IMG/VR virus record: IMGVR_UViG_3300037153_000324 | Span: 10,374 to 74,373 of that record | Strand: one strand, 5' to 3' | From: a virus | Length of the DNA stretch: 64,000 nucleotides | Shown: piece after piece, positions 18,768 through 29,164 of the stretch | Layout: each line of letters starts with the position of its first letter | Numbering within the stretch: the first letter of the stretch is position 1 | Translations under genes and position numbers: made by a program | Notes under the pieces: generated by a model | Seen by the model: only the letters and a program-made list of their open reading frames with translations | What the model was told of the DNA's origin: nothing | The model's database searches: none

Positions 18768-19916
18768 TTGTCAAGCGTGCAACTTTTTCCAGAAGTTATC
18801 GACGCGAGTCAGCTTCAGCCACGCGCGGCTGCAACTGTTTACTTGCCCGTTGGCGTCGAAGGAATGTCTGCTGAGGCAGGTGAGGCAGAAGAAAAACAGC
18901 CGTATGTAATTTCACGGCTGGACGAAGCTCAGACGCTCTTCGGAAGCACATCGTCGCTCTACACGATCATCAAGTGTGTGCTCGACCGGGGTGCTGGCCC
19001 TGTGTTGGCAATTGCATCGGCTGTAAGCGACGACACTCTGCCTGATTTGACCGACAGGCAGGCGGCGTGGGAATTCCTGGAAAGCGATCAGACGGTACGC
19101 ATCCGCTTGACCGATTCAATCGTGCAGGCTGATTTGGTCGCACTTGCCGTTTCGGCCAAGAATGCGAACACGATCTACAACAAGCAAATTGCATTGTGCG
19201 GAATGGACGCGGCCACCACCAAGGCCAATCTCCTTTCTGCTGCAACTGCAATTGGCGCAGATGTGGAGGGGGCAAAGCGAATCGCTCTCATTGCTCCGGG
19301 CGTATTCGATGAAACCGGAGTGCTTCGGGACGGCTCCTACGCAGCGGCTTGTGTCGCTGCTGAAATTGCAAAGAATAGTGATCCTGGAAATGACCTGGAT
19401 CTGCTACCTCTGCCCTTCTTGACCGGAATCGCGACAGATGTAAATGGCCTGCCTGTGTTCCGCAAGAAGGTGTCCTCCGGAGTTGCCGTCAACGATTTCG
19501 AGGATCTGCTTCAGGGCGGCGTTTCTCCGCTCATGGCTTCGAAGTCTGGCGCAGGTGTAGAAATTACACATCTTCGCACGGCTTACACGGCCGATGGAAC
19601 GTTCGACAGTCTCTACACTCGCATCATCATCGACCAAGTTTTCCTCGACGTGAAAACGTACATCGAGGACAACAATTTTCTTCGGGCCGGAAACACGGAT
19701 GCAACACGGGCACGGATCGGTTCTGGTGTCGAAGCTGTGCTCAACGAGCGACGAGAGTGGATTTCACCCGTCACGCAGCCGGACGGCACGACTGGTTACA
19801 AGGTCAGCGTCACTTCTGACCAGACGCAGCGCCAGGTCACGGTCGGATACGAAGGTGTCATCGTACGCGGAATCTCGACTGTCCGCGTGGCCCCGTCGTT
19901 CACGATCAGCGTGTAG
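18768..19916 (+). CDS. Contractile tail sheath protein
   Basis: AACVAA, LLQGGVSPL, TRIIIDQV and NTDATRARI...L sheath C-terminal features. Confidence 0.8.
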   Translation: MSSVQLFPEVIDASQLQPRAAATVYLPVGVEGMSAEAGEAEEKQPYVISRLDEAQTLFGSTSSLYTIIKCVLDRGAGPVLAIASAVSDDTLPDLTDRQAAWEFLESDQTVRIRLTDSIVQADLVALAVSAKNANTIYNKQIALCGMDAATTKANLLSAATAIGADVEGAKRIALIAPGVFDETGVLRDGSYAAACVAAEIAKNSDPGNDLDLLPLPFLTGIATDVNGLPVFRKKVSSGVAVNDFEDLLQGGVSPLMASKSGAGVEITHLRTAYTADGTFDSLYTRIIIDQVFLDVKTYIEDNNFLRAGNTDATRARIGSGVEAVLNERREWISPVTQPDGTTGYKVSVTSDQTQRQVTVGYEGVIVRGISTVRVAPSFTISV

Positions 19917-19928
19917 CGAAGGGAGGTA

Positions 19929-20336
19929 ATGAAATTGGCGTGGCTTATGGGCATGACTGCGGTGGATCTTGGAATTACGTTCGAAAGTGGGCGAGATTTC
20001 GCTGCAACACAGGATATGACGGAAGAGGTACGGCAGGAAGTCACGTATCAGGGTGCCTTTGGGACGGATGGGCCGGTTTTGAGGCGCGTACGGGCCGCTG
20101 ACGAAGGCACAGTGAGCTTCACGGCGGTACTCCTCAAGCAAGGTGTGGCAAATCGGATGAATGATGAATCCCTGCTACAGCAAATGCGTGATTTCGACGT
20201 GCAGGTGAAGCGTGGGAATCGCGTTATCACATACCGAGGCTGCAACTGGAACCGAATTTCAATTCGGTCAACGCTGGATCAGGTGACGCTCGATTCGGAC
20301 ATATCTGTGCCGGGCTATGCAGCCCCAGTGAACTAA
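19929..20336 (+). CDS. Tail tube protein
   Basis: 135 aa after the sheath; ITYRGC.W motif. Confidence 0.7.
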   Translation: MKLAWLMGMTAVDLGITFESGRDFAATQDMTEEVRQEVTYQGAFGTDGPVLRRVRAADEGTVSFTAVLLKQGVANRMNDESLLQQMRDFDVQVKRGNRVITYRGCNWNRISIRSTLDQVTLDSDISVPGYAAPVN

Positions 20337-20357
20337 GCAATTTCAAAGGGCGGAAAA

Positions 20358-20669
20358 ATGGACAGGCGTCTAGAAGAGCTACTAGAGCGTGGGGTCACTG
20401 CGCTCGAAAGCATCGCGGCTGACCCCATTCTGCATCCGGAAACTGGCCCACCATTTTGCCCGCACTGCGGCACGACGAATCCTGTAATTCGGGTTCAGGA
20501 TCGTGCCGCAAGTGGGCCGTTGGGTGAGTTTGTGATTGAGGCGCACTGTACGACGTGCGACAACGTATTCTACGGAATGCCGTCTGCGTACTTGTGCGTG
20601 AAATCTGTCGATGAAATCCGCGAAGAGTTGTCCAAGAGGGCGGGAGTTGAAAATGGCACGTATCGCTGA
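20358..20669 (+). CDS. Zn-ribbon protein
   Basis: CPHC...CTTC. Confidence 0.6.
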   Translation: MDRRLEELLERGVTALESIAADPILHPETGPPFCPHCGTTNPVIRVQDRAASGPLGEFVIEAHCTTCDNVFYGMPSAYLCVKSVDEIREELSKRAGVENGTYR

Positions 20670-21213
20670 GACAATCTCAGAGCGTAGACTAGAGCGAATG
20701 CGGCTTGGTCAGGCGACGTGCAGCTTTGTCACCCTGACAAGCGATCCTGAAATTCGGATTCCGATTGTACCGTTGTCCGAAGCGGAATACTCACAGGTGC
20801 TTGCCAAGGTGGCCTCAATTGACGCACCGCTGGACGTTGCCGGTGCTGCGGTCAGGGATCGTGCTCAAGCTCAAGAAATTTTGGTGCGTGCGTTTCGTGA
20901 AGAGGAGGATCTGACCAAGCGAGCGTTCGTGTCTGTCGATGAAATGATGAAATCGCTGGAAGTCAGTGATATCGACACGGCATTTGACGAGTATAGCGAA
21001 ATGGTTGCAAATTCATCGCCACGGCTAGAGGCAATTCCTCAGACAGAGTTGGACAACCTAAAAAAAGCCTTGCAGGAAATGAATTGGAACGAGTTGTCTG
21101 GCAGATCATGGTACGCACTAAAACGCTTCCTTTCAACGATCATGCCTTCGCCACTCCTGGACAACTGGTTTGGGTCTATCTCAATGAGCGACTCGACTAC
21201 GAAGAGCGATTGA
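20653..21213 (+). CDS. Tail assembly chaperone (gpG-like)
   Basis: Between tube and tape measure; contains a slippery site. Confidence 0.7.
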   Translation: MARIAETISERRLERMRLGQATCSFVTLTSDPEIRIPIVPLSEAEYSQVLAKVASIDAPLDVAGAAVRDRAQAQEILVRAFREEEDLTKRAFVSVDEMMKSLEVSDIDTAFDEYSEMVANSSPRLEAIPQTELDNLKKALQEMNWNELSGRSWYALKRFLSTIMPSPLLDNWFGSISMSDSTTKSD

Positions 21214-21437
21214 GCAAAATTCATGTTCACTGTTTGCCAAAGTTTTTTCAAGACAACTGCGAGGTTTGTCACGAACCGATTATCGACACCAAACGACTGC
21301 CTCCTGAAATTCAGGAAAAGGTCTATCGGCCAGGCAATGACGAGGAGTACAACGTGGAAGTCGATCTGACTCCTCCGGTGAGCTTCAGTGGTGGGGCAAG
21401 CCATGAAATTGAAGTAAGCGTACCGGCTGACGAATGA
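21060..21437 (+). CDS. -1 frameshift extension of the tail assembly chaperone (gpGT-like)
   Basis: AAAAAAAG at 21060-21067; the -1 frame is open (KKSLAGNELERVVWQ...) to 21437 and overlaps the tape measure start. Confidence 0.75.
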   Translation, partial: KKSLAGNELERVVWQIMVRTKTLPFNDHAFATPGQLVWVYLNERLDYEERLSKIHVHCLPKFFQDNCEVCHEPIIDTKRLPPEIQEKVYRPGNDEEYNVEVDLTPPVSFSGGASHEIEVSVPADE

Positions 21438-23743
21438 GCACTGTTCAAAATACACTGATCTGGCGTCTCACTGCCCGAGGCACGGGCGAAGTAATTTCGT
21501 CGTTCAACCAGATCGGCAGTGGTTTTCAACGTCTAGGCTCGCAGATCAATCAGCAGTCGCGGATGAGCGAGCGACTGAATGCCCAGTGGCGTGCAATGGG
21601 TACGACGATCCGCTATGCAATTGCTGGCGGAACGATTTTCGGGCTTACTCGCATGGCAAGCGAGCTAAAGGATATTCAGACGCAGCTTGGTCTAATTTCA
21701 GCAATCGCTTCACAGCCTGGCCCTGCCGGTGGCCTTGTTGGTGTGCCGTTTTCGGATCAACAGATCACGCAGCTTGGAAATAGGCTCAGACAAGTCTCTA
21801 CGGATACGCTCACGCCTTTGCAAGACATTCAATCCGCTGCACTCAACCTGCTTTCGACCGTGCAGGGGGTTCCACAAGATCAAATTTCACCAATGCTGGA
21901 AACCATCACCAAAGGAGCCAAACTCGCGCAGACTCCGACTGAGGATCTGACCAAGGCAATTACAACGATGAACATTGCCTTCGGCCAGGCAAACAATGTC
22001 AGGAATGTGCAGCAAGGGGTGCAACGCTGGTTCTCACTGATTCAGCTTGCCCCTGGCGGTGTTTCTGCTGGCCCTGAAATTGTGCAGCAACTTTCACCTG
22101 TTGCTGCGGTAGCTCGGTTGCAGCCTGGCATAAATACAACCGGCCGTGAAGCGCAGGCGCAAATGATGGCTCTCATGCTCGGTGCAGTGCGCACAGGTGC
22201 CACACCGTCCACGGCTGGACGAGGATTGGCATTCCTGATTCAGAGCATCTTGCAACCAAAAACAGCCGCATCGAAGCAGGCACTTGCTTCAATGGGAATT
22301 ACACCTGAGTTTACCCACCGAGAAGGTTTCTGGCCTTCGTTGATGAAGCTGTTTCAGCACATCAATTTCAAGGGTGATCCCAAGGCACTTGCAGCAATTC
22401 CAGACGATCAGCTAGAGGATATGGGTACCTCAGCGCTCAAAGGGCTAGACCCTCAGCAAGCAGAGCTATTGAATCGTGCAATTCCGCGAATTCATGGAGT
22501 GCGTACGGCTGTAATTCTGGCATCTCAACTTCAGAAGCATGGGCAGGTGCAGTCGCTTGCACAGGATTACCAGATCATGCTCGGGCATTTCAATCAGCAT
22601 GACAAGGATGTACTGCTTCTCAACCGCGCATGGGATCGTTTTCGGAATCGGTCAAGATTGCAAGAAGCGGTAACTGCAATTCACAACATGCAGCTTCAGG
22701 TTGCTCAGACATTTCTTCCTGTTTTGAATTACGCTGCCAGAGGAGCATCATACGTCTCAAGGCAGGCCCAAGCACATCCGACAATTACAAGAGATGTTAC
22801 GCTTGCGATGACTGCTGCTATCGGTGGTGCTGGAATTCTTAGGTTCCTTGGCGGTGGCGGTGGAATTCGCGGATTGCTGCGCAGGGGAGCAGGTGGCGGC
22901 GGTGAAGCAATTGTCAGGTCACAGGCTGTTGCTGCACTTGCAAATACAGGCGTGCTCGGAGGAAGTCCGCTCAATCCGATGTACGTCGTTGTGGTCGATC
23001 AGCTTTTCGGATCGAGTGCGCGTAGCCCAACTGGTGATCCGCTATCTCCGACCGGCCCCAACCCGTATAGGAAGGGTGGAAGTCGCATTGCTGGTTGGGC
23101 AAAGAAAATTGGAGGGCCGCTTGGTGGTTTGTTTGCTGAAGGTGCGGCTGAAATTGGTGCTGGTACAGTAGCTACGGGTGCGGCTCTCTTTGCTGCAATT
23201 CCACTTTTGCTAAGCGGCGGTGGTGCAAAAACTGCCGCAGGGAGACGAGCACAAGCTGCAACTCGCGGAGGAGCCAATCCACTGCTGGCGAAGGTTCTCC
23301 AAAACCATGGTCTACATTACGATCCGCAAAACTACCCGAAATTTCACCATTTGTTGACTGGTTTCACAAAGGGTAGCGTGACGGCAGACCAGTTCGAGAA
23401 TTACCTTCAAAAGCACAGAGATGTTCTACAAGCGCTAGGCGTAATTTCACGACCGCAAACGCCTAGGCAGAACATGCGACAAGAGCCATACTACGCTGCT
23501 CAAGCGATGCTCAAGACTTATGAAATTGCCAGAGCACAACAGGTGCTTCACAGTCCTTACGTGACGGACGTTTCAGGGCTACAGGTTCACAACATCAAGG
23601 GCAGGGCTGTAGTGGATTTCACAGTGAAGATCGAGCAGCCTGGAAAGAAAACGAAAATCGTACGCGAGCATGTCCCAATGGATTTGTGGACACACAAAGC
23701 TCCTGCATCCCGAGGCAAGACTGGAAAGACAGCGAGGAATTAG
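21434..23743 (+). CDS. Tape measure protein
   Basis: 769 aa, Ala/Gly/Gln-rich, S.AGRGL...I TMP motif; synteny. Confidence 0.85.
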   Translation: MSTVQNTLIWRLTARGTGEVISSFNQIGSGFQRLGSQINQQSRMSERLNAQWRAMGTTIRYAIAGGTIFGLTRMASELKDIQTQLGLISAIASQPGPAGGLVGVPFSDQQITQLGNRLRQVSTDTLTPLQDIQSAALNLLSTVQGVPQDQISPMLETITKGAKLAQTPTEDLTKAITTMNIAFGQANNVRNVQQGVQRWFSLIQLAPGGVSAGPEIVQQLSPVAAVARLQPGINTTGREAQAQMMALMLGAVRTGATPSTAGRGLAFLIQSILQPKTAASKQALASMGITPEFTHREGFWPSLMKLFQHINFKGDPKALAAIPDDQLEDMGTSALKGLDPQQAELLNRAIPRIHGVRTAVILASQLQKHGQVQSLAQDYQIMLGHFNQHDKDVLLLNRAWDRFRNRSRLQEAVTAIHNMQLQVAQTFLPVLNYAARGASYVSRQAQAHPTITRDVTLAMTAAIGGAGILRFLGGGGGIRGLLRRGAGGGGEAIVRSQAVAALANTGVLGGSPLNPMYVVVVDQLFGSSARSPTGDPLSPTGPNPYRKGGSRIAGWAKKIGGPLGGLFAEGAAEIGAGTVATGAALFAAIPLLLSGGGAKTAAGRRAQAATRGGANPLLAKVLQNHGLHYDPQNYPKFHHLLTGFTKGSVTADQFENYLQKHRDVLQALGVISRPQTPRQNMRQEPYYAAQAMLKTYEIARAQQVLHSPYVTDVSGLQVHNIKGRAVVDFTVKIEQPGKKTKIVREHVPMDLWTHKAPASRGKTGKTARN

Positions 23744-24526
23744 ATGGCCGTCCCTGACATTATTTCAGGCGAGCTTTGGGTTCCGGGTACTGGGCAAGAT
23801 CCGGCGAAATACCTTCTTCGCCCTGGCCGGGTAACTGCCCCTGGCGTACATACGGCAGGGCAATTGCGGCATGCACGGCCATACATGGCGCTAGATGACA
23901 AAGCTGGTTCGAGGATGTTTGTATTTCCGGTCGGCGTCGAAGGGTTCCGTCGTTCTGGCGAGACGAAGCTCGACACGCATTTTTACATTGGCGATAATTC
24001 AGCCGATGGTGTTGTTGTTCATCACGAAGAGGCACACATCGAGCTAAGCGGCGTGCTGCCTGGCTTGACTGCACAGGACAACATGGTTGACTGTATTTCA
24101 CTTCTTAGGTCATGCCCGATGGACGGAATGTTTCTTTACGTGCCCGGAATTTTCGAGAAGGTGCAATACGTCTTGCCGCAGACGTGGGACTTCAGTCACG
24201 AAGGCGACGATCGTACGCATTCGATTTCGTTCACAATTTCATATTTGCGGATTGGTGAAGGTGGAAAGACACGCGATCCGCTTGGTACTGCTCCTCCGAC
24301 GAATATTCCCGGCTCGAAGAGTGACCCCAAAGGTTCGGCCGCAAAGACGTTCACTGTCAAAGCTGGTGCGCGAACGCTTAGGCAAATTGCAAGTATCGTC
24401 TATGGCGATCCTGAGAAGTGGATTACACTTTATCAGTTGAACAGCTTTGGTTCTGGCGGCAGTGATACGCCGATGTTCACGTATGCGACGGCAGTCCTAC
24501 CAATTGGGACGGTGCTTCGTGTATGA
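23744..24526 (+). CDS. Tube initiator/LysM protein
   Basis: C-terminal TVKAG..TLRQIA..VYGDPEKW..LY.LN...LPIG.VL LysM motif. Confidence 0.75.
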   Translation: MAVPDIISGELWVPGTGQDPAKYLLRPGRVTAPGVHTAGQLRHARPYMALDDKAGSRMFVFPVGVEGFRRSGETKLDTHFYIGDNSADGVVVHHEEAHIELSGVLPGLTAQDNMVDCISLLRSCPMDGMFLYVPGIFEKVQYVLPQTWDFSHEGDDRTHSISFTISYLRIGEGGKTRDPLGTAPPTNIPGSKSDPKGSAAKTFTVKAGARTLRQIASIVYGDPEKWITLYQLNSFGSGGSDTPMFTYATAVLPIGTVLRV

Positions 24527-24696
24527 CTCCTGTAATTGAAAAGAAGGTGGCAGTTCGGAAACGGCATGAAAAAGCGATCAAGCTATATCGGATCTGGCTC
24601 AAGACAAACTCAAAGGCATCCCGTGAACGCAAAATTCAAACATTCGATTTGTTCATTGACTCGGCGTATTTGGACAGTGTAATTTCAGATGGCTAA
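24523..24696 (+). CDS. Small hypothetical protein (57 aa, not in ORF track)
   Basis: MTPVIEKKVAVRKRHEK...SDG*; overlaps both neighbours. Confidence 0.45.
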   Translation: MTPVIEKKVAVRKRHEKAIKLYRIWLKTNSKASRERKIQTFDLFIDSAYLDSVISDG

Positions 24697-26932
24697 TCTG
24701 GCTGTTGTTGCGAAGGCACTCGTCACTACGAAGTGGCAGGGCAAGGCATACCGTCAAATTCCGATTGCAACAATCGAGAGCTACTACGTCGATTCCTCTC
24801 TCGACAATGACAGCGATGCATGGAATATGGAAATTGGCGATCCGCACGGTGACTTGATGGACGTGTTCGTAAAAGACAACGAAATTCGTGTTACACTGCT
24901 TGCTTTTGGGCATCCCGAGGCAACTCCGATTATGACTGGGATTGCTGACGATGCGGACTACAAAGACGGCGTAATTACATTGACTGGCAGGGATTTGTCC
25001 AGTCTAGCGACAGATTCAACGGCAGAACCGACGATGTGGCAGAATGCTCGCTCTTCCAGCATTGTTGCGCAGCAAGCCAAGGCACTTGGAATTACAAATG
25101 TCTCTGGTCTGGCTCCGACGAAGCCGGTAAAGAAGCGGCACTACACAGACGGTTCGGAGAGCTACTGGGAATTCTGGTACCGCATGTACCGCAAGGAAGG
25201 CATGTGGATTTGGACGGAGCCGGACGGCGCGTTGATGGGGTCAACGCTGAATTACAACCAGAATCCCAGTTACTTCTTTGGTAATCCCGATCCGAATGAC
25301 AATGCTTCCGTGAAACAAGCGTACATGCCTGTCATGGAATTTCAGGGGCACAAGACGGGTCAGAGCCGCTTGCATGAAGTGTGGGTGTATTACCACAACG
25401 GTAAGGGTGGTCACAGGGTTGAGCTAACCGATCCTACGATTGCTGACTGGTTGAAAAAGCCGCGCAAGATTCTGCTCGATACAGACGCGACCACTGACGC
25501 GGGCGCGAAGAAGCTCGGGCTTGAGGAAATTTTCGAAAGTCAAGTTGGCTCTGTCGAGCACAAGATCCTTGTTTCTGATCCCGGCTACATCATCCGGCAG
25601 AACAAAATGTGCCATCTCAGAATTCCCGAAGAGGGAATCGAAGGTGACTTTTTCATTATCGGCGTGCGCATTCAAGCCGGTACGGATGGCATGGTCTGCG
25701 AAGTCAGGTTGCGTGAAAAGAAATATGCACTGACGAGACGTGTTCCATCTGATCCTGACACGTCAAAAGATCCGTGGGGGCAGAAGGATACGCCTGACGA
25801 TGCCGCTTCGACACTCGGAGTGAAATGGGGCGACTTTTTCATCAAAGCTGCTCGTCAATGGCGCGGCCCTTGGGATTTTACTGTATTTCTGGCAACGCTG
25901 CTTTCCATTTGTGCGCATGAGACAGGCTTCAGAAACGAGCGTGTAAATGGTGGCCCTAAGACAGATACAAGCAATCCCGAGTGGTATCCACGGCCAACGC
26001 AGGAAGATTTGGGTGTAAAAGCTCAAGTACCGGGTGGCCCAGTGGTTTCAGATCCTTCGACACTTTCACAACGAGTCGAGCTTTGGAAAACTCGATTTGC
26101 CAACATGCACACCAATCCTCGATTGGCCGGATATTTCGGTGGTGACGATGCAGCAGTGGGGCCAATGCAATTGCTTAGTGTCGGATTGAAATTGGAAGCT
26201 GATGCAATGCAAAGTCCGAAAGGCGAAGTCGAATACGAGGGCGGTCGCTGGAATCCTGAGTACAACATTTGGGTTGGAGCGCATCGCTTGCGTACGGGCC
26301 TGAAAGCAACCGTAGGCGACACTGGTAATGATGCTGATATTTGGGCTGGTGTCGGAAGCTATTTTGGTGGTAGCGCTTCTGCCACGGCTGCTTACGTTGC
26401 AGCAGTAAAGAAATTGTATAGAGAGACATATCTACCGATGGTGCAGGGTTGGTTGAAAACTGAGCAGTCAAGACCGCAGAACGCAGGAAGCGTCACGGAT
26501 GACACCAACAGGACACCGCAGGGTGGCTTTGAAAATTCCAAGGCCGATCTTGCCAAACTGACCCACATTCACAAAGCCAGTTCGAGCGTCGATATCGAGC
26601 ATGTGAATTACGTTTTGCTCAGTCGCGCAGATGCAGTAGCCAAGTACGTTGGCAAGGAAATTGTCGTAACTTCCGGCTACCGATCACGCGAGGAGCAGAT
26701 CAAGATTTGGGAGAGTGGCGTTCGGCCTGCTGCCAACCCATACACAAGCACGTCGAACCATACACTCGGTGAAGCAATCGACTGCACAGTTGACGGAGTA
26801 AAAATTGGACTGGCAAAAGGGTTTTCAACCGCTACACTCAGAGCATTCAAGCTCCATGTGCTCACACCTGAAACAGAGCCAGGTAGACCCTACGATCCGG
26901 TTCACTTGACGAGAATCGAGGTAGACGGCTAA
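24689..26932 (+). CDS. Baseplate hub fused to lytic transglycosylase and M15-type peptidase domains
   Basis: Mu gpP-like LTGRD...D N-terminus; AHETGF...GPMQL...NI..GA (SLT); VTSGYRS...SNH..GEAID...H (M15). Confidence 0.75.
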   Translation: MANLAVVAKALVTTKWQGKAYRQIPIATIESYYVDSSLDNDSDAWNMEIGDPHGDLMDVFVKDNEIRVTLLAFGHPEATPIMTGIADDADYKDGVITLTGRDLSSLATDSTAEPTMWQNARSSSIVAQQAKALGITNVSGLAPTKPVKKRHYTDGSESYWEFWYRMYRKEGMWIWTEPDGALMGSTLNYNQNPSYFFGNPDPNDNASVKQAYMPVMEFQGHKTGQSRLHEVWVYYHNGKGGHRVELTDPTIADWLKKPRKILLDTDATTDAGAKKLGLEEIFESQVGSVEHKILVSDPGYIIRQNKMCHLRIPEEGIEGDFFIIGVRIQAGTDGMVCEVRLREKKYALTRRVPSDPDTSKDPWGQKDTPDDAASTLGVKWGDFFIKAARQWRGPWDFTVFLATLLSICAHETGFRNERVNGGPKTDTSNPEWYPRPTQEDLGVKAQVPGGPVVSDPSTLSQRVELWKTRFANMHTNPRLAGYFGGDDAAVGPMQLLSVGLKLEADAMQSPKGEVEYEGGRWNPEYNIWVGAHRLRTGLKATVGDTGNDADIWAGVGSYFGGSASATAAYVAAVKKLYRETYLPMVQGWLKTEQSRPQNAGSVTDDTNRTPQGGFENSKADLAKLTHIHKASSSVDIEHVNYVLLSRADAVAKYVGKEIVVTSGYRSREEQIKIWESGVRPAANPYTSTSNHTLGEAIDCTVDGVKIGLAKGFSTATLRAFKLHVLTPETEPGRPYDPVHLTRIEVDG

Positions 26933-27337
26933 ATGCCAATTACAGATGCGGAATGGGGCGGCATTGCGGATCTAGCAGAACGTGTTGCAGTTCAGACGGC
27001 TGGAACGAAACTCAGTTATTTTGTTACCGGCACTGTTGTTCGAAGTGACCAAGACACAATGTGTGTGTGGCTAAAGGAATTTGGCGAACAGCCAATTCCA
27101 ATTGTTGGTTTCAAGGTTGAAGTGACGTATTACGACGAGACTCCTGCCGGAACGAAAGCCCCCTCAGTCGGGTCAGACTCGCCGTACAAGCTCACCAAGA
27201 AAAAGGCGAAAGTGAAAACACTCGTTCCTGATCCCGGTCAGCTTGTCTTGGTGGTGCGTGAGATGGGTGAAACGAGAATTCCTCGTTGCCTAGGTGTAAT
27301 TCTAGGTACGGACTGGATTATTCCGGAGGACGAGTAA
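26933..27337 (+). CDS. Baseplate spike (gpV-like, putative)
   Basis: OB-fold-like; P.PGQLVLV...P.CLG. Confidence 0.55.
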   Translation: MPITDAEWGGIADLAERVAVQTAGTKLSYFVTGTVVRSDQDTMCVWLKEFGEQPIPIVGFKVEVTYYDETPAGTKAPSVGSDSPYKLTKKKAKVKTLVPDPGQLVLVVREMGETRIPRCLGVILGTDWIIPEDE

Positions 27338-27733
27338 ATGTACGATCTGGCTGTATCGAACCACGGCGACTTGCTATTTTCAGCCGCCCGCGATCTTCAA
27401 GGTAAGAGTGGAATTCCCTTGTTCGATCAGCAGATTGTCTCTCGCCTGCGCATTCGACGTGGAACATGGATTTACGACTTGACCAAAACGCTAGGAAGCC
27501 GCATTCCTGAAATTCTGAACAGGCCGCGTGAAGAAGCGGCGTCGATGATTCCCGCGTTTGTTCAAGAAGCACTCAGAGAGATGGACGATGACATTACGAT
27601 CATCGAGATTGTTACATCCTCAGATTTCAACACTGTGAACGTTCAAATTCATTACACGGCCATTGTGCCCGGTGTTCAAGAGCCGCAACTTGTAAATGTC
27701 GTAACCGTTCCCTTCGTAATCGGGAGTGAGTAA
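27338..27733 (+). CDS. Baseplate wedge/sheath initiator (gp25/gpW-like)
   Basis: GDL....DL, RL...RG.W.YD...GS, VQEAL. Confidence 0.7.
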   Translation: MYDLAVSNHGDLLFSAARDLQGKSGIPLFDQQIVSRLRIRRGTWIYDLTKTLGSRIPEILNRPREEAASMIPAFVQEALREMDDDITIIEIVTSSDFNTVNVQIHYTAIVPGVQEPQLVNVVTVPFVIGSE

Positions 27734-29154
27734 TGACCCTGACTGACTTCTCGCTGTACCGCACCCGAAATCAAATTGTGGGCGAGATGCTGGCCGAGCT
27801 TCAGGCTGCAATTCCTGATATTTACATGGGCGATGACGGAATTATCCGTATCATCTATGAAATTGAATCGGGTCAGTTGGAGAATGTCTTTCTCGCCAAT
27901 CAGCTTCTTGCCGAGGATATGTGGGTGCAGAGTGCGTCCTTGCAGGCGCTTGGAAAGTTTGGTGAGCAATACGGAATTTCACAGCGGGAAGGATCGCGTT
28001 CCACAGGACAGTTGATTTTTACAGCGGCCGGTGGAGAGACAATTCCGGCAGGTACGCAAGCTGCGCATGATCCTGGCTTTGGCCTCGATCCTGTCTACTT
28101 CGAGAGCACGGATACGGCCGTGGTGCCTGACACGGGTACTCCTGTTGCTCCGGTTGTTGCTGTAAATGCAACGGCAGGAAATTTGAACGGTTTGTACGAA
28201 TACGTCGTTACGTATCTGTCTGCTGCGGGTGAAACACTCCCCTCAGTGGAATCGGCTGCTGTCAATCCGGTTTCGCAACAAGTGAATCTCACCAACATTC
28301 CGCTTGGTGGGCCTGGAACGATTGGACGGAGAATTTACAGGGACAAGAATGGTGCTGGTATCTATCGTCGGGTAACTGAAATTGCAGATAACACGACGAC
28401 GATGTTTACCGACAATGTGACGGATACCACTGTCGCGTCTAGCTCGTTGGCTCCTTCGGTCGATACTGCACATGCAATTCAGGTAGCAGCGCGAGCCGTT
28501 GATCCCGGAACCGAAGGCAACGTCATCATTGGGTCAATCACTGAAATTGTATCAGGGCCAGGGTCGATCAGCGCAGTCAACAACCCCGTTGCTTTTGCTG
28601 GCGGGAGTGACAGTGAGGACTCAGACGATTTCAGAGCACGAATTTTGGACTTCCTGCAAAACCCGCAGACAGGATCAGTTGGCGACTTGAAAGCATGGGC
28701 CGAGGAAGTGGAGGGTGTCGGGACAGCAACCGTCATCGCAAACGACAACTTGGGTACGCCGACAAACGGCCATGTTACCGTTCGCATTGCAGGCCCAAAT
28801 GGTGAAATTCCTGACGCAGATGTACAAGCGGACGTTTTGGAAGCACTGCAAGAGCAGGATATTGCCAACATCACAATTCATGTTGGCACGTTTACTCCCG
28901 TTGTGCAGAATGTGACGGTTGACGTGACGACTTCAGGGACGTATGTTCTCGCTGACGTGACTCCTTCTGTGCAGCAGGCCATTGCAGATTACATTACTAC
29001 TTTGCAGGTAGGAGACACTCTCAGAATTTCAGGTATTGTCGATGCAGTATTCGGATTGGTTGGCATTCTCGATGTAACAGTTACGTCACCGACGAGCAAT
29101 CAGACGGTTGCTGCAATGAGTAAGTTAGTTCCTGGGACAATTACAGTAACGTAG
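27733..29154 (+). CDS. Baseplate J-like protein
   Basis: GG.D.EDSDDFRARI, WAEEVEGV, GHVTV.I. Confidence 0.9.
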   Translation: MTLTDFSLYRTRNQIVGEMLAELQAAIPDIYMGDDGIIRIIYEIESGQLENVFLANQLLAEDMWVQSASLQALGKFGEQYGISQREGSRSTGQLIFTAAGGETIPAGTQAAHDPGFGLDPVYFESTDTAVVPDTGTPVAPVVAVNATAGNLNGLYEYVVTYLSAAGETLPSVESAAVNPVSQQVNLTNIPLGGPGTIGRRIYRDKNGAGIYRRVTEIADNTTTMFTDNVTDTTVASSSLAPSVDTAHAIQVAARAVDPGTEGNVIIGSITEIVSGPGSISAVNNPVAFAGGSDSEDSDDFRARILDFLQNPQTGSVGDLKAWAEEVEGVGTATVIANDNLGTPTNGHVTVRIAGPNGEIPDADVQADVLEALQEQDIANITIHVGTFTPVVQNVTVDVTTSGTYVLADVTPSVQQAIADYITTLQVGDTLRISGIVDAVFGLVGILDVTVTSPTSNQTVAAMSKLVPGTITVT

Positions 29155-29164
29155 GAGACAAAAC

